From assembly GCF_004010195.1 (NCBI RefSeq), contig NC_057720.1, positions 28,210,837-28,230,836 on the forward strand: a DNA stretch of 20,000 nucleotides, given 5' to 3'. The stretch is from Chiloscyllium plagiosum. Taxonomy: Eukaryota. Shown in pieces: positions 1 through 10,998 of the stretch. How positions within the stretch are numbered: position 1 is the first letter of the stretch; each line of letters starts with the position of its first letter. The notes under the pieces are model-generated. The model was given only the letters and a program-made list of their open reading frames with translations. It ran no database searches and was not told the origin of the DNA. A program made the position numbers and the translations under genes.

Positions 1-630
1 CTATCAGCAAACCTACAGCCTCTTGTGTCCAAAGTTCATGAACATATTGAAGAAAGGGAGTATAGACAATCCTGGTAATTATAGATCAGTGAGCATTACT
101 TCAATTGTGGGTAAACTGTTGGAAGAGATTATCAGAGATAGGATTTATAATCATCAAGAGAGGAGTAACTTGATTAGGGATAGTTAACACGGTTTTGTGA
201 AGGGTAGGTCATGCCTCACAGACCTTATTGAGTTCTTTGAGATGGTAAGCAAACAGGTGGATGAGGATAAAACATTGGATGTGGTGTCTATGGATTTGAG
301 TAAGGCATTTGATAAGGTTCCCCACAGTAGGCTCATGGACAAAATACGGAAGCATGGTATTGAGGGTGATTTAGCAGTTTGGATCAGAAATTGGCTAGCT
401 GAAAGAAGACAGAAGGTGGTGGTTGATGGGAAATGTTCATCCTGGAGTTCAGTTTACTAGTGGTGTTTTGGGGCCACTGCTGTTTGTCATTATTTATAAA
501 TGACCTCGATGAGGGTGTAGAAGGATGGGTTAGTAAATTTGCGGACGACACGAAGGTCGGTCGAGTTGTGGTTAGTGCCGAAGGATGTTGCAGGTTACAG
601 AGGGATATGGGCTGAGAGGTGGCAAATGGA

Positions 631-753
631 CTAGGCGAAAGTGAGGACTGCAGATGCTGGAGATTAGAGTGTTGCTGAAAAAGCACAGCAGGTCAGGCAG
701 TATCTGAGGAGCAGAAAAATCGACATTTCTGGCAAAAGCCCTTCATCAGGAAT
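631..753 (-). mobile_element. Solo Penelope-like terminal repeat (~120 bp) inserted in the CR1 RT
   Basis: Its reverse complement matches the 3' terminus of the Penelope copy at 14985-15110. It splits the CR1 W-Q-M-E-F-N codons, with AATGGA/AATGAA on either side. Confidence 0.85.
717..753 (-). ncRNA. Minimal hammerhead ribozyme motif, degenerate
   Basis: Minus strand reads ATTC CTGATGA A GGGC TTTT GCCA GAAAT GTC GATTT. CUGAUGA and GAAA boxes are present, with one stem II mismatch and a C>T change after GAAA. Confidence 0.6.
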
Positions 754-1759
754 GAAATTTAGTGCGGAGAAGTGTGAGGTGATTCATTTTAGAAGGAGTA
801 AAAGGAACAGAGTACTGGGCTAATGGTAAGATTCTTGATGGTGCAGATAAGCAGCAAGATCTTGATGTCCATGTACATAGATTCCTGAAAGTTGCCAGCA
901 GGTTGATAGGGTTGTTAAGAAGGCATACGGTGTATTAGCTCTTATTGGAAGAGATATTGAGTTTTGGAGCCATGAGATCATGCTGCAGCTGTACTAAACT
1001 CTGCTGCTGCCGAACTTGAAATATTGCATATAGTTCTAGACATTGCATTATGGGAAGGGTGTGCAAGCTTTGTACAGGCTTCAGAAGAGATTTACTAGGA
1101 TGTTGCCTGGTATGGAGGGAAGGTCTTACGAGGAAAGGCTGAGGGACTTGAGGCCGATTTCATTTGAGAGAAGAAGGTTGGGAGGTGACTTAATTGAGAC
1201 ATACCAAGTGATCAGAGGATTAGATAGAGTGGACAGTGAGAGTCTTTTTCCTTGGATGGTGATGGCTAACATAGCTTTAAATTGAGGGTGAAATATCTCG
1301 GACAGATGTTAGAGGTAGGTTCTTTACTCAGGGAATACTAGAGGTGTGGAACCCACTGTCTGCAACAGTAGTAGACTCGCCAACTTTACGGGCATTTAAA
1401 TGGTCATTGGATAAACATATGGATGATAATGGAATAGTGTAGGATATATAGGTTTCAGACTAGCTCCACAGGTCAGCGCAACATCGAGGGTCAAAGTGCC
1501 TCTACTGCGCTGTAATGTTCTATGTTCCATATATTGATGGTCCTCTATCTATACCCATTTTTCCTGGAAGTTTATACATGAAATTTTCCAAGATGGTTAT
1601 CTCCACCGGCAATTGTTCTGAAAGTTACAACGATGCGACTGATAAAGGTAAATTTCTCCCCCTTTTCCTCTAGACCTGTTGGCAACCTGTGACACAGTGG
1701 AAACGCAGGAAAACAGAGAAAAGTTATGGCCATTTAGCAACATGTGCCATAGCTGAAAA

Positions 1760-2060
1760 GTAGTTTATGAGCTTTATCCCACTTTCCAGCTCTTCATCAG
1801 TAGCCCCATGGCAAAATGTCAAGAACATAATCAAGTATTTTTTAAAAGTTATGAGTTTTGTTTCTACAGAGCTGAGAATTTCAAAACCCCTACTGTTGTC
1901 ATAGTAAAAATAGTCTCCTGAACTCTCCTCTAATCCTTCTGCAATTACCTTTGATTTCTTTTTCCTGGTTATTGACATCTTTCCAGTGGAAATAGCTCCT
2001 TTCTATGCATTCCATCCAGGCCCCTCATAAATTTATATACTTCAACTAAATTTTTCCCTA
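1760..2060 (-). mobile_element. Old, highly decayed CR1 3'-end fragment
   Basis: Resembles the antisense CR1 3' ends elsewhere in the window (CCCACTTTCCAGC..., GCCCCTCATAAATTTATATAC). The minus ORF contains ITFKKYL, comparable to TFKRHLD. Confidence 0.55.
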
Positions 2061-2274
2061 ACACATTGATCACATCATTTTCCTTTCATACATCTTTCAT
2101 TTTTTCTTGTGGATGGTATTGTACTTACCTGGTTTTATTCTTCTCTGTCGAATCATGGCTGAGGAATTGCATACAATGACTTTTTTCCTCACTCCTGCAC
2201 CATTAGCTCTAGTGTCTGCCAAGGATTTGTCTTTTGCCACTGACATTTCTTCTAGCTGCTGTCCTTCAGTAACA

Positions 2275-3160
2275 TTAGTTTTCACATAACTCTGACAGCA
2301 CCCAGCTCTACCTCAGCCAGTTCTTTCAAAGTCTCCATTGGTTTTAAGTTATTAAGCTTCTGGAGAAGAAACATATTCAAATTAAATATTGGGAAAACAA
2401 AAATACCATTTTGGCTCCACTGTACAAGCACTATCGTGGATGTTGACTCCAGTCTTTCCATGGCAACTGTCTAATGTTAAACCAAACTGTTTGCAACCTT
2501 GGTGTTGTATTTGACCTCAGAAAAGCTTCTGACCACATTTCTATCACTTTATGTCATTGCTCAACTCAATTCTGCTTCAGCTCAGTAGTTGCTTAAACCT
2601 TAATTCATGCTTTTGTTACTTCTGAGCTTGATTATTTCAGTGCCCTCTTGGCTGTTCTCTCACATTCTAAGCTCTGTAAACTTGAGGTCATACAAAATTC
2701 TGCTGTCTGCATCCATATCTACAGCTGTTCTGTTCACTGACTTAACATGGCACTTGTTTAAACAGAATCTCAGTATTAAAATGATGCTACTTGTTTTCAA
2801 ATTCATTCCAAGTTCTCTGATCAATATTCTCCTCCAGCCCAGCTGGCCTCAAAAATACTTGTGTTCCTTTACCTGATCCCTTCAGCATCTCCAATTTTGC
2901 TTGCTCTGTCATTGGTGGCTATGTCTTCAGATGCCCAGGTCCTAAATTTTGAAATTCCCTCCCTAAGCCTCATCAGCCCTATATCTTTCTTTCCTTTTTA
3001 AAGACTCTTTTAACATCTGCCTTTTTGATAAAAATTGTTGTTATCTGCTTTCGTATTGTATCCTGTAACGTGACAAATTTTTCTTTTAATACTCTAGTGA
3101 AGTTCTTGGGATGTCCTATATTAAAGCAGCTCTATAAATACAAGTTGTTTTTATTGTCAT
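2275..3160 (+). mobile_element. L2-like LINE remnant (RT C-terminal part and 3' tail)
   Basis: Degenerate (Y)ADDTQLYL at ~2285-2315, followed by NLGVVFD, LIHAFVTSELDYFSALLA, IQNSA and DLTW-like motifs typical of L2 ORF2. L2-type tail GTGAAG..CTTGGGA..TTAAAG..CTATAAATACAAGTTGTT. Confidence 0.8.
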
Positions 3161-3228
3161 TGCCAGATTTATAAGACAATTAGCACATTAGTTTGGTGTC
3201 AGTTTGAATTAGAACATAATACCTTGTC

Positions 3229-4636
3229 GTAGAGTGATAGAGGTGTACAGCACAGAAACAAACCCTTCGGTTCAACTCATCTATGTCGACCAGAAAACCT
3301 AAATTAATTTTGTTCCATTTGCCAGCATATGGTCCATGTTCCTCTAAATCCTTCCTATTCAGATACCCATCCAGATGCCTTTTAAATGTTGTTATTGAAC
3401 GAGCCTCCACCACTTCCTCATGACAGCTTGTTGCAGACATGCACCAGTCTCTGCATGAAATAGTTGCCCCTTAGATCCCTTTTAAGTCTTTCCCCTCTCA
3501 CCTTAACGTATGCCCTCTAGTTTTGGTCTCCCCCACCTCTGGAAAATGATTTTGGCTATCCAACCAATCATGCCCCTCATGATTTTAGAAACCTCTTTAA
3601 GGTCACTCCTCAGCATCTAATGCTCCAGGGACAATAGCCACAGTCTCTTCAGCCTCTCCTTGCATTCTCTCCCAATGGCACAGTGGCTCAGTGGTTCGTA
3701 CTGTTGCCTCACAGCGCCAGGGACCAGTGTTCAGTTCCAGCCTTGGTTGACTGGCTGTTTGGAGTTTGCACATTCTCCTCGTGTGTGCATGGATTTCCTC
3801 CGGGTGCTCTGCTTTACTCCAACTATCCAAAGATGTACAGGTTAGGTTAATTAGCCATGCTAATTTGTCCATAGTGTTCAGGGATGTGTAAATTAAATAC
3901 ATTAGTCAGGGGTACATGTAGAGTAATAGGGTGGGGGAATGGGGTGGGTTACTCTTTGGAGGTCGATGTAGACTTGTTGGGCTAAATGGCCTGTTTTTAC
4001 ACTGTAGGGATTGTATGATTCTGTAGCTCAAACTGTCCAACCCTGGCAACTTCCTTGTAAACCTTTTCTGAATCCTTTAAACTTTCATACCATCCTTCCT
4101 ATAACAGAGAGACCATAATTGCATGCTGTATTCCAAAAGTGGCCTAACCAATGTCTTGTACAGCCTCAACATGCCCTCCAATACTCAGTGTACTGACCAA
4201 TAAAGGCAAGCTTACCAAACGCCTTCTTCACTATCTTGTCTACCTGCGACTTCACTTTAAACGAACTATGAACTTGCACTCTGAAGTCTCTTTGTTCAGC
4301 AGCTTTCCCCAGGATCTCATCATTAAGTGTATAAGTCAGTTCTGCCCTGATTTGCCTTTCTAAAATGTAGCACTTCATGTATATCTAAATTAAATTCCAT
4401 CTGCCACTCCTCGACCCATTGACCCATCTGATCAAGATCCTGTTGTACTCTGCGGTAACCTTCTTTCCTGTCCACTACACCTCCAATTTTGATGTCATCT
4501 GCAAACTTACTAACCATGCCTCCAATGTTCACATTGAAATCATTTATGTAAATGATGAAAAGCAGTGGACCCAGCACCAATCCTCGTGGCACATCGCTGG
4601 TCACAGGTCTCCAGTCTGAAAAGCAACCCTCCACCA
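3229..4636 (-). mobile_element. CR1-clade LINE, 5'-truncated (RT domain to 3' UTR), interrupted by a SINE
   Basis: Minus ORFs: VPRGLVLGPLLFIIYINDF..VSKFADDIK (4323-4637), VKKAFGKLAFI, TFKRHLDGYLNRK. The 3' tail is at 3229 (TAGAGTGATAGAG on plus). Confidence 0.95.
3677..4022 (+). mobile_element. HE1-type tRNA-derived SINE, near full length
   Basis: Pol III A box TGGCTCAGTGG (3684-3694) and degenerate B box TGTTCAGTTCC (3728-3738). Body GGAGTTTGCACATTCTCC..GGATTTCCTCCGGGTGCTC. The 3' end is similar to the CR1 3' UTR. Confidence 0.9.
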
Positions 4637-4699
4637 ACCTAATGAAACCTTGTTCATGACAGATTACAGCTAAGTCAATTTTAGTGCTTAAGAAAAACT

Positions 4700-4811
4700 A
4701 TTTTCTCATGAACCTGTCCAGAGATGTTATCACACAGCTCTAGAGCAGGTTGGACTTGAACCTGAGCCAGTTAGCCTGAAGATATGGATCCTATCGCTGT
4801 GCCACAAGAGC
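4700..4811 (-). mobile_element. Short tRNA-derived SINE or SINE head
   Basis: Minus strand reads GCTCTTG TGGCACAGCGA (A-box-like, 4794-4804) ... GGTTCAAGTCC (B box, 4752-4762), followed by a short body. No intact cloverleaf is apparent. Confidence 0.6.
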
Positions 4812-5234
4812 GCTCCTATCTGGTATTTAGAATTATTTTCAAGAATTGATGTTCCATGAGAACTGATCTGTGTCTCTGTATTCATTTTGGCATTTGGAAT
4901 ATTTCCAGTGCAGTAACTTCCCGTTCCTATCTTCTGCAGTTTCAGCTGCAGATTCTACTGGTGTCTAAAGACTGTTGGTTCAAGGAGACATTGATATTCA
5001 CACTACTTAGTACCTAATGCAGGATCTTGTATAAATGATGCTTATGCAGAGTTTTATTTTCTATTAAAATGTAGTACTGTGCTTTTATCACTAGAGGCCC
5101 CTGATCATCTTTGGAAATCCAAATTTCTCAAGATAACAATGTAAGATACTATTATATATTATATAATATTATTTTGGTTGTTCTGTTTTATTCCAGTTTA
5201 ATTAAACAAAGATTGGCAGATTATATTTCTGTCT

Positions 5235-5968
5235 TAGAGTCATAGAGTCAAAAGGTCATAGAGATGTACAGCATGGAAATAAACCCTTCGGTCCAACTCA
5301 TCCGTGCCAACCAGATATCCCAACCCAATCTAGTCCCACCTGCCAGCACCTGGCCCATATCCCTCCAAACCCTTCCTATTCATATACCCATCCAAATGCC
5401 TTTTAAGTGTTGCAATTGTACCAGCCTCCACCACATCCTCTGGCAGCTCATTCCATACACGTACCACCCTCTGTGTGAAAAAGTTGCCCCTTAGGTCTCT
5501 TTTATATCTTTCCCCTCTCACTCTAAACCTATGCACTCTAGTTCTGGACTCCTCGACCCCAGGGAAAAGACTTTGTCTATTTATCCTATTTATGCCCCTC
5601 ATAATTTTCTAAACCTCTATAAGGTCACGCCTCAGCCTCTGACGCTCCAGAGAAAACAGCCCCAGCCTGTTCAGCCTCTCCCTATAGCTCAAATCCTCCA
5701 ACCCTGGCAACATCCTTGTAAATCTTTTTTGAACACTTTCAAGTTTCATAACATCTTTCCAATAGGAAGGAGACTAGAATTGCACGCAATATTCCAACAA
5801 CGGCCTAACCAATGTCCTGTACAGCCGCAACATGACCTCCCAACTCCTGTACTCAATACTCTGACCAATAAAGGAAAGCATACCAAATGTCTTCTTCACT
5901 ACCCTATCTACCTGCGACTCCACTTTCAAGGAGCTATGAACCTGCACTCCAAGGTCTCTTAGTTCAGT
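5235..5968 (-). mobile_element. CR1-clade LINE 3' fragment, relatively young
   Basis: Minus ORFs RDLGVQVHSSLKV..LYRTLVRPLLEYCVQF and RGNFFTQRVVRVWNELPE..LKRHLD. Tandem (ATAGAGTC)-type tail at ~5235-5265. Confidence 0.95.
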
Positions 5969-5981
5969 TAAAAGCAGACTG

Positions 5982-6088
5982 ATTGTGTAATTACACAAAC
6001 CCTTCGGTCCAACTCATCCGTGCCAACCAGATATCCCAACCCAATCTAGTCCCACCACGATTTGTGTAATTACACAAATTGTGTAATT
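5982..6088. repeat. Palindrome-flanked exact 60-bp duplication of 5281-5340
   Basis: 5997-6056 equals 5281-5340 at 60/60 positions. Palindromes TTGTGTAATTACACAA (5983-5998) and ATTTGTGTAATTACACAAAT (6060-6079). ATTGTGTAATT occurs at both 5982-5992 and 6078-6088. Confidence 0.95.
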
Positions 6089-8129
6089 TGTGTGCAAATC
6101 CATTCTCATTAAAGATTCTTAATTCTATTAACTGGAATGAAAATCTTTGTTCTATAGAAAAAAACTGTTTTGGCCAAAAGAATTCATGAATTTAATGCAT
6201 AGACTTCATCCAAACTCCCCAGTTTTCTGCTTTGAAGAAACCTGACTTGAAACATTAACTGTTTCTTTTTCAACGTTAGGCACTGAGTGTCTGACAATAA
6301 GAGACACCATTCCTTGGAATCCTGACAGCAAACAAGGATGGGTTTTGTGCCTTCCTGCATGACAGCACAGGATGAAGCTCCTGAGTGGTCATCATTTGCC
6401 TGTATTGACCCCCAGTTGGCAATGAGGCAGGATAGCTGTCTTCAAGCCTTCCTGCTCCATATTTAATCAGAGCAGGTTTAGGAAGAAGTCTCCACCTGGA
6501 ACCCTCCTTCGTTATTTAATGACCTGCTATCTGCAAACGTGCCTCAGGGGAGTACATTAAATTCTGCCCATAAGTTTTAAATAATGGATTTTTTGTTATT
6601 AAGACCTAGACCCACATAGTTTAATAAGGAGATCAGGGATGACAAAATAAAGCAGGAATTCTTTTAAAAAATGGTTTGCCCAGATATTTATGGGAGAGGG
6701 AATTGAGAGTTCGAATGATCTTAACCGCACTGGTTGAGGATTGATAAGTTGAGTGAGAAAAACTCCATATTAAATTAGATGTGAATTCTCAATCAAGAAT
6801 GTGGAATGACACTTTCTTGTTCCAAACATTATGCTTGCTTAATAGTAATGGGGATGAATGTGAGTGTACAGAATAGTTAATATATACTTGACAGAAATCT
6901 GATTCTAACCATGTTGGGATCACAGGTTTATTAACTTGTCTTTACTTTAGAGAAAATAGAGTGATTACCTGAAGATTTACTTAGTTACCTTCAAAGGCTT
7001 TAGGAGGACATTTGAGTTTCTTCCTGAAATTCTTATTTTTCATTATTCATGTTTAACAAATTTATTTAACAGGCTGAGCAACATGATAATTTGAATTAGG
7101 AGCTGAAATGGGTAACTCATTCCCTTGAACCTACTCTATTCCTGTGCCATTTGATTCTTTTTAACATAGCCTGACTGAAAGGGTAAACTTGATAGACAAA
7201 TTATTTTGTTGTTTTATATGTTTTACAGTAATATTTCAGCTTGACAACTACTTTGGTTTTTGTGTAGTTTTATCATGCCGTTATTATTTGTTTCAGTATT
7301 ATAGAATGTGTCAGTTATTTTCCTGCATTTGCCAGTTATATAGCGATAATAATTTGCAGACTATGTATGTACAAACTTCAGAGGAAGATCCTTGAGTGAA
7401 CCAACTGAGATATTGTTTATCCAAAGTCTTTTTGTATCTGCCTAAATAGTCATGGTTGGTGTCCAGGCTGAACAGATTGGAACCAAGTAGTGTCATGCTT
7501 GGCATCATAGCAGTGGTTGTCACAAGAATGCTGAGTGAACCAGGGAGAGTGTTCAGAGAAGGGGAGTGAGCAGATGATGCTCACACTGGGGGGAATTAAT
7601 TCAGAAATTGACCTTATTACACTGATAGTTGTCCTCCTCTCCTTCTATCTATTTGTTGACTCCCACCTAGTGTATTCTCAGTTTGTTTTCATTATAATGA
7701 AAGATAGTAGTCAAAACAATAAAATGTGCATAAATAGTCCATTACCATACAACACGCTGGTTTGGTAATGCATATATTGCTGTGCTTCTCAAAAAGACCA
7801 CCAGTTGCTACGAATAAAATTGCAACAAATTCAGACATGTCCATGTAATAAGATCCACAGAATAATTTCAAAAAAGCAACAAAGAGGTGCCATGATAGGA
7901 GCTTCCTGGGAAAACATTCCCATTGGACCCCATGACATTCGTATACTTCGTGACTAAAACATTTCCATCATCAATTTGACTTCAACTAAATGTTAATTAA
8001 GTTGGTCATTTGTACTGTTTTCTCTAATTTAGTATACATTGTGGTCAATTTCCTATCTCATAAAATGCTATCTATTCTATGCCATTAGAGATTCAAATAC
8101 ACCAATATTTAACCAATCATCATTTTAAA

Positions 8130-8790
8130 GTGTATTTCTTGACTAAACAGCACAATAGTAGCTCACTTCCCACTGCAGTATCTGACTTCAAGCCCTATTT
8201 TTAAAGCCTAACAGAGAATAATTAACTAACAACTATTTACAACTCATTTATCTAAATCTATTTTGTTCCTCCCCCCCCAAAAAAACTATCCTATAAAACC
8301 CCCCAATTAAGGAATACAGTAAAATTCAAATTTCAACACCAGCCAGCTACCAAATCTTCTCTTGGTACCTTCCTCTGTAGTTTTGCTCTCCATGTCAGTG
8401 TTGATCTCTTTTCCTGTGCATACTCCTTCTCCAGACAGGAATCTCTCAGGGATTTCTTACTAGCAGCCTACATCTGTTGGTCTTTTGGCAGTTCTTCTCC
8501 AAGTGTTCAATTCTTTTTCGGTTTTATACACCAAAACATCGGATCTTTTCATTGGTGTTAATAGTGTCAAAATACTAAATTCAAACTTGATTGGAGTTTG
8601 GTGTTTTGGGGCATAATTTAAACTGATTGGCCGAATTTGAATTTTTTTTGTCTCCAGGCAACCCAGTTAATGTAGTTGTTCGACCAAATGTTGCATTGTT
8701 ACCTTGTTCAGACCACGTTGTGCTGTGTCAGGTAGTTCTGCGAGCTTTTAACTCTCTTAAAGGTACAGTACCCCTTACACCTTCATAACG
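8130..8790 (-). mobile_element. Probable solo LTR of an LTR retrotransposon (left boundary unresolved)
   Basis: Minus strand starts (C)GTTATGAAGGTGTAAGGGGTACTGTACCTTTAAGAG, an LTR-like TGTTA start with the first base changed, and continues into three CCAAT boxes and TATAAAA. Non-coding; abuts a CR1 fragment. Confidence 0.55.
8522..8630 (-). promoter_or_regulatory. Pol II core-promoter-like module: 3x CCAAT plus TATAAAA
   Basis: ATTGG at 8626-8630, 8590-8594 and 8551-8555, and TTTTATA at 8522-8528, all in promoter order on the minus strand. Confidence 0.5.
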
Positions 8791-9573
8791 TGGGGAATAA
8801 GAAAATTGCAGAGATATTAAGCACATTTTCTCTGTCTTCATGGAGGAAAATGCTAAAAAGCTGCAAGATGTTAACTTTACTTGCCAAAAAAATACCTCGA
8901 GAAATTAGTGTGACTTAAAGTTGATAAATTACCTGGACCTAATAATCTATATCCATGGATATTGAAAGAGGTGACTGTAGAGATTGTAAATGTGTTAGTG
9001 GTCATCTTTCAAAATTCTTTAGACTCTGAAATGGTCCCTGCAGATTAGAAGGTGGCAAAAGTTACCTGATTATTTAAGAAAGGAGGAAAAAGATTACCAG
9101 GAAACTACAGACCTCTTAGCCTATCATCAGTTTTTAAAAAAATGCTAGAATCTGTATTACAAGATGTGTTAAGAGGCCACTTAGAAAATAATGGAAGGAT
9201 TAGATTAATGAAAGGAATTCATATTTGAGTTTTTTGAGGTTGTAACTAGCATAATTGACTAGGGAGCAATGGTGGATGTTGTCTATTTAGATTTTCAGAC
9301 TGCCTTTATTAATTCCACACATTAAATTTGTAATTAAATTACAGCATGTGGGATTTGGGAAATACTGCATAGATTGTGAACTGGCTAGTGGATAGACAAC
9401 AACAGAAACAACAGTTGAGGGCCAGATTAAATTAACTGGGTCTATATCTTCAGGAGCTTAGATGAATGTGGGAATTAATAGATCATTTTCAGAGTGGGAG
9501 TAGTGGAGTACTGCAAGGATCTCAGCTATTCCCAATCTATATCAATGATTTGAATGTACACACCAAATGTAAC

Positions 9574-10330
9574 AGAGTCATAAAGTCTTTGGTCCAACCA
9601 CCGCACGCCAAAAATAATCCCAAACTAAACTAATCCCACCTGCCTGCTCCTGGTCCATATCCCTCCAAACCTTTCCTATTCATGTACTTACCTAGGTATC
9701 TTTTAAACATTGTAACTGTGCCAGCATCCAGCACTTCCTCAAGAAGTTCACGAACCACCCTCTGTGTAAAACATTTGCCCTCATGTCTTCTTTAAATCTC
9801 TCTCCTTTCACCTTAATAATATGTCCCCTAGTCTTGAAATTCCCCATCTGAGGGAAAATATATCCACCTTTAATCCTATCTGTACCCCTCATGATTTTGT
9901 AAACCTCCATAAAGTCACCTCACAACCTCCTATACTCCAGTGAAAAAAAAAGTCCCAGCCTTTCTTTATAACTGATACCTTTCATACCTTGCAGCATCCT
10001 GATAAATCTCTTCTGAACCCTCTCTAGCTTAATAAGATCCTTTCAATAACAGGGCAACCAGAACTGGGCACAGTACCCCAGAAGAGGCCTCACCAATGTC
10101 CTGTACAACCTCAACCTGACTTCCCAACTCCGATACTCAAATGACTGAGCAGTGAATTCAAGCATACTCAATGCCTTTGTAACCTCCCCATCTGTATGTG
10201 ACGCAAAGTTCAAAGAATTATGTACCTGAACCCCTAAATCTCTCTGTTCTACAACACTACCCAAAGCTCTACCATTAATTGTATAAGTCCTGCCCCGTTT
10301 TGTTGTACCAAAATGCAATACTTCACATTT
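9574..10330 (-). mobile_element. CR1-clade LINE 3' fragment nested antisense in the older CR1
   Basis: Minus ORFs HFG..EQRDLGVQVHNSL..LYRTLVRPLLGYCAQFW and EVYKIMRG..KTRGH. Tail AGAGTCATA at 9574. Confidence 0.92.
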
Positions 10331-10766
10331 ACAGATGACACAAAATTTGGTATGTGTGGATGTTGTAATGACTCAAGGGGATTTGGAAGAGGCTACGTAA
10401 TTGGAAAAAGTACGGCACGTGGAATACAACACGAAGAGTATGTGAACATATCCATTTTGGTTAAGAATGCAGAAATGCAAATTATTTCTTAAATGATGAG
10501 AGTCTAGGAAGTGGACATTAAATAGTCTTGGGTCCTTCTTCATCAGTGACTGGAAGTTAACGTGTAGGTGCAGCAAGCAATCAAAAAGGTAAGTCATAGG
10601 TTAGCTTTTATCACAAGAGTATTAGGTATTAGTAGTAACGATATCTTACTACAATTTATCAAAAACCTTGCTGAGACCACATTTTGAGCATTGCTATCAG
10701 TTTTTGTCTCCATACCTAAAAAAATGCTTGCCATAAAGGAGTACAACAAATGTTCTCTAAACTAAT

Positions 10767-10998
10767 AAAGCAAAGAACTGCAATGACTGGAAGTCTCAAC
10801 CCAAAACAAAAGTTGCTGGAGGAAATCAGCAAGTCTGGCACTATCTGTGGAGAGAAAACAGAGTTAACATTTCACGTCCACTCCTCTTTCTTCAGTTCTC
10901 TGAAGTTCAAAGTTCAATGGACTCGAAACATTAACTCTGCTATCTCTCCACAGATGCTGCCAGACATGCTGAGTTTCTCTAACAATTTCTGTTTTTGT
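10767..10998. mobile_element. Palindromic mini-element made of two inverted Penelope-like termini (second family), with a degenerate 14-bp TSD
   Basis: Imperfect inverted arms ~10803-10880 and ~10918-10996, with inner CTTCAG/CTGAAG. Flanks TTCTCTAAACTAAT (10753-10766) and TTCACTGAACTAAT (10999-11012) match at 12/14. The CTGCCAGACATGCTG motif resembles CTGCCTGACCTGCTG of the PLE terminus. Confidence 0.75.

Larger units (their letters stand above)
45..1528 (+). mobile_element. CR1-clade (HER1-like) LINE, 5'-truncated: decayed ORF2 reverse transcriptase plus 3' UTR; interrupted at ~631-753
   Basis: Translated pieces show CR1 ORF2 motifs: KKG..DNPGNYR.VS.TS.VGKLLE, GRSCLTDLIEFFE, DLSKAFDKVPH, FINDLD..VSKFADDTK, RFTRMLPGM, RRLGGDLIETY. 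Many stops and frameshifts. Ends in a TGTTCTATGTTC-type tail. Confidence 0.95.

Noticed and set aside
3677..3745. tRNA gene
   Set aside because: The A and B boxes continue into a SINE body; no intact cloverleaf.
5982..6088. CRISPR-like repeat-spacer-repeat (palindromic repeats around captured mobile-element sequence)
   Set aside because: There are only two short AT-rich repeats, the context is eukaryotic, no cas genes are present, and the spacer is copied from 700 bp away. Repair synthesis explains it better.
6280..6570. Possible MITE ending in AAATTCTGCCC
   Set aside because: No matching inverted left terminus or TSD was found.
7189..7768. Short ORFs in AT-rich unique sequence
   Set aside because: Low-complexity composition, no recognisable domain and no convincing splice pair.
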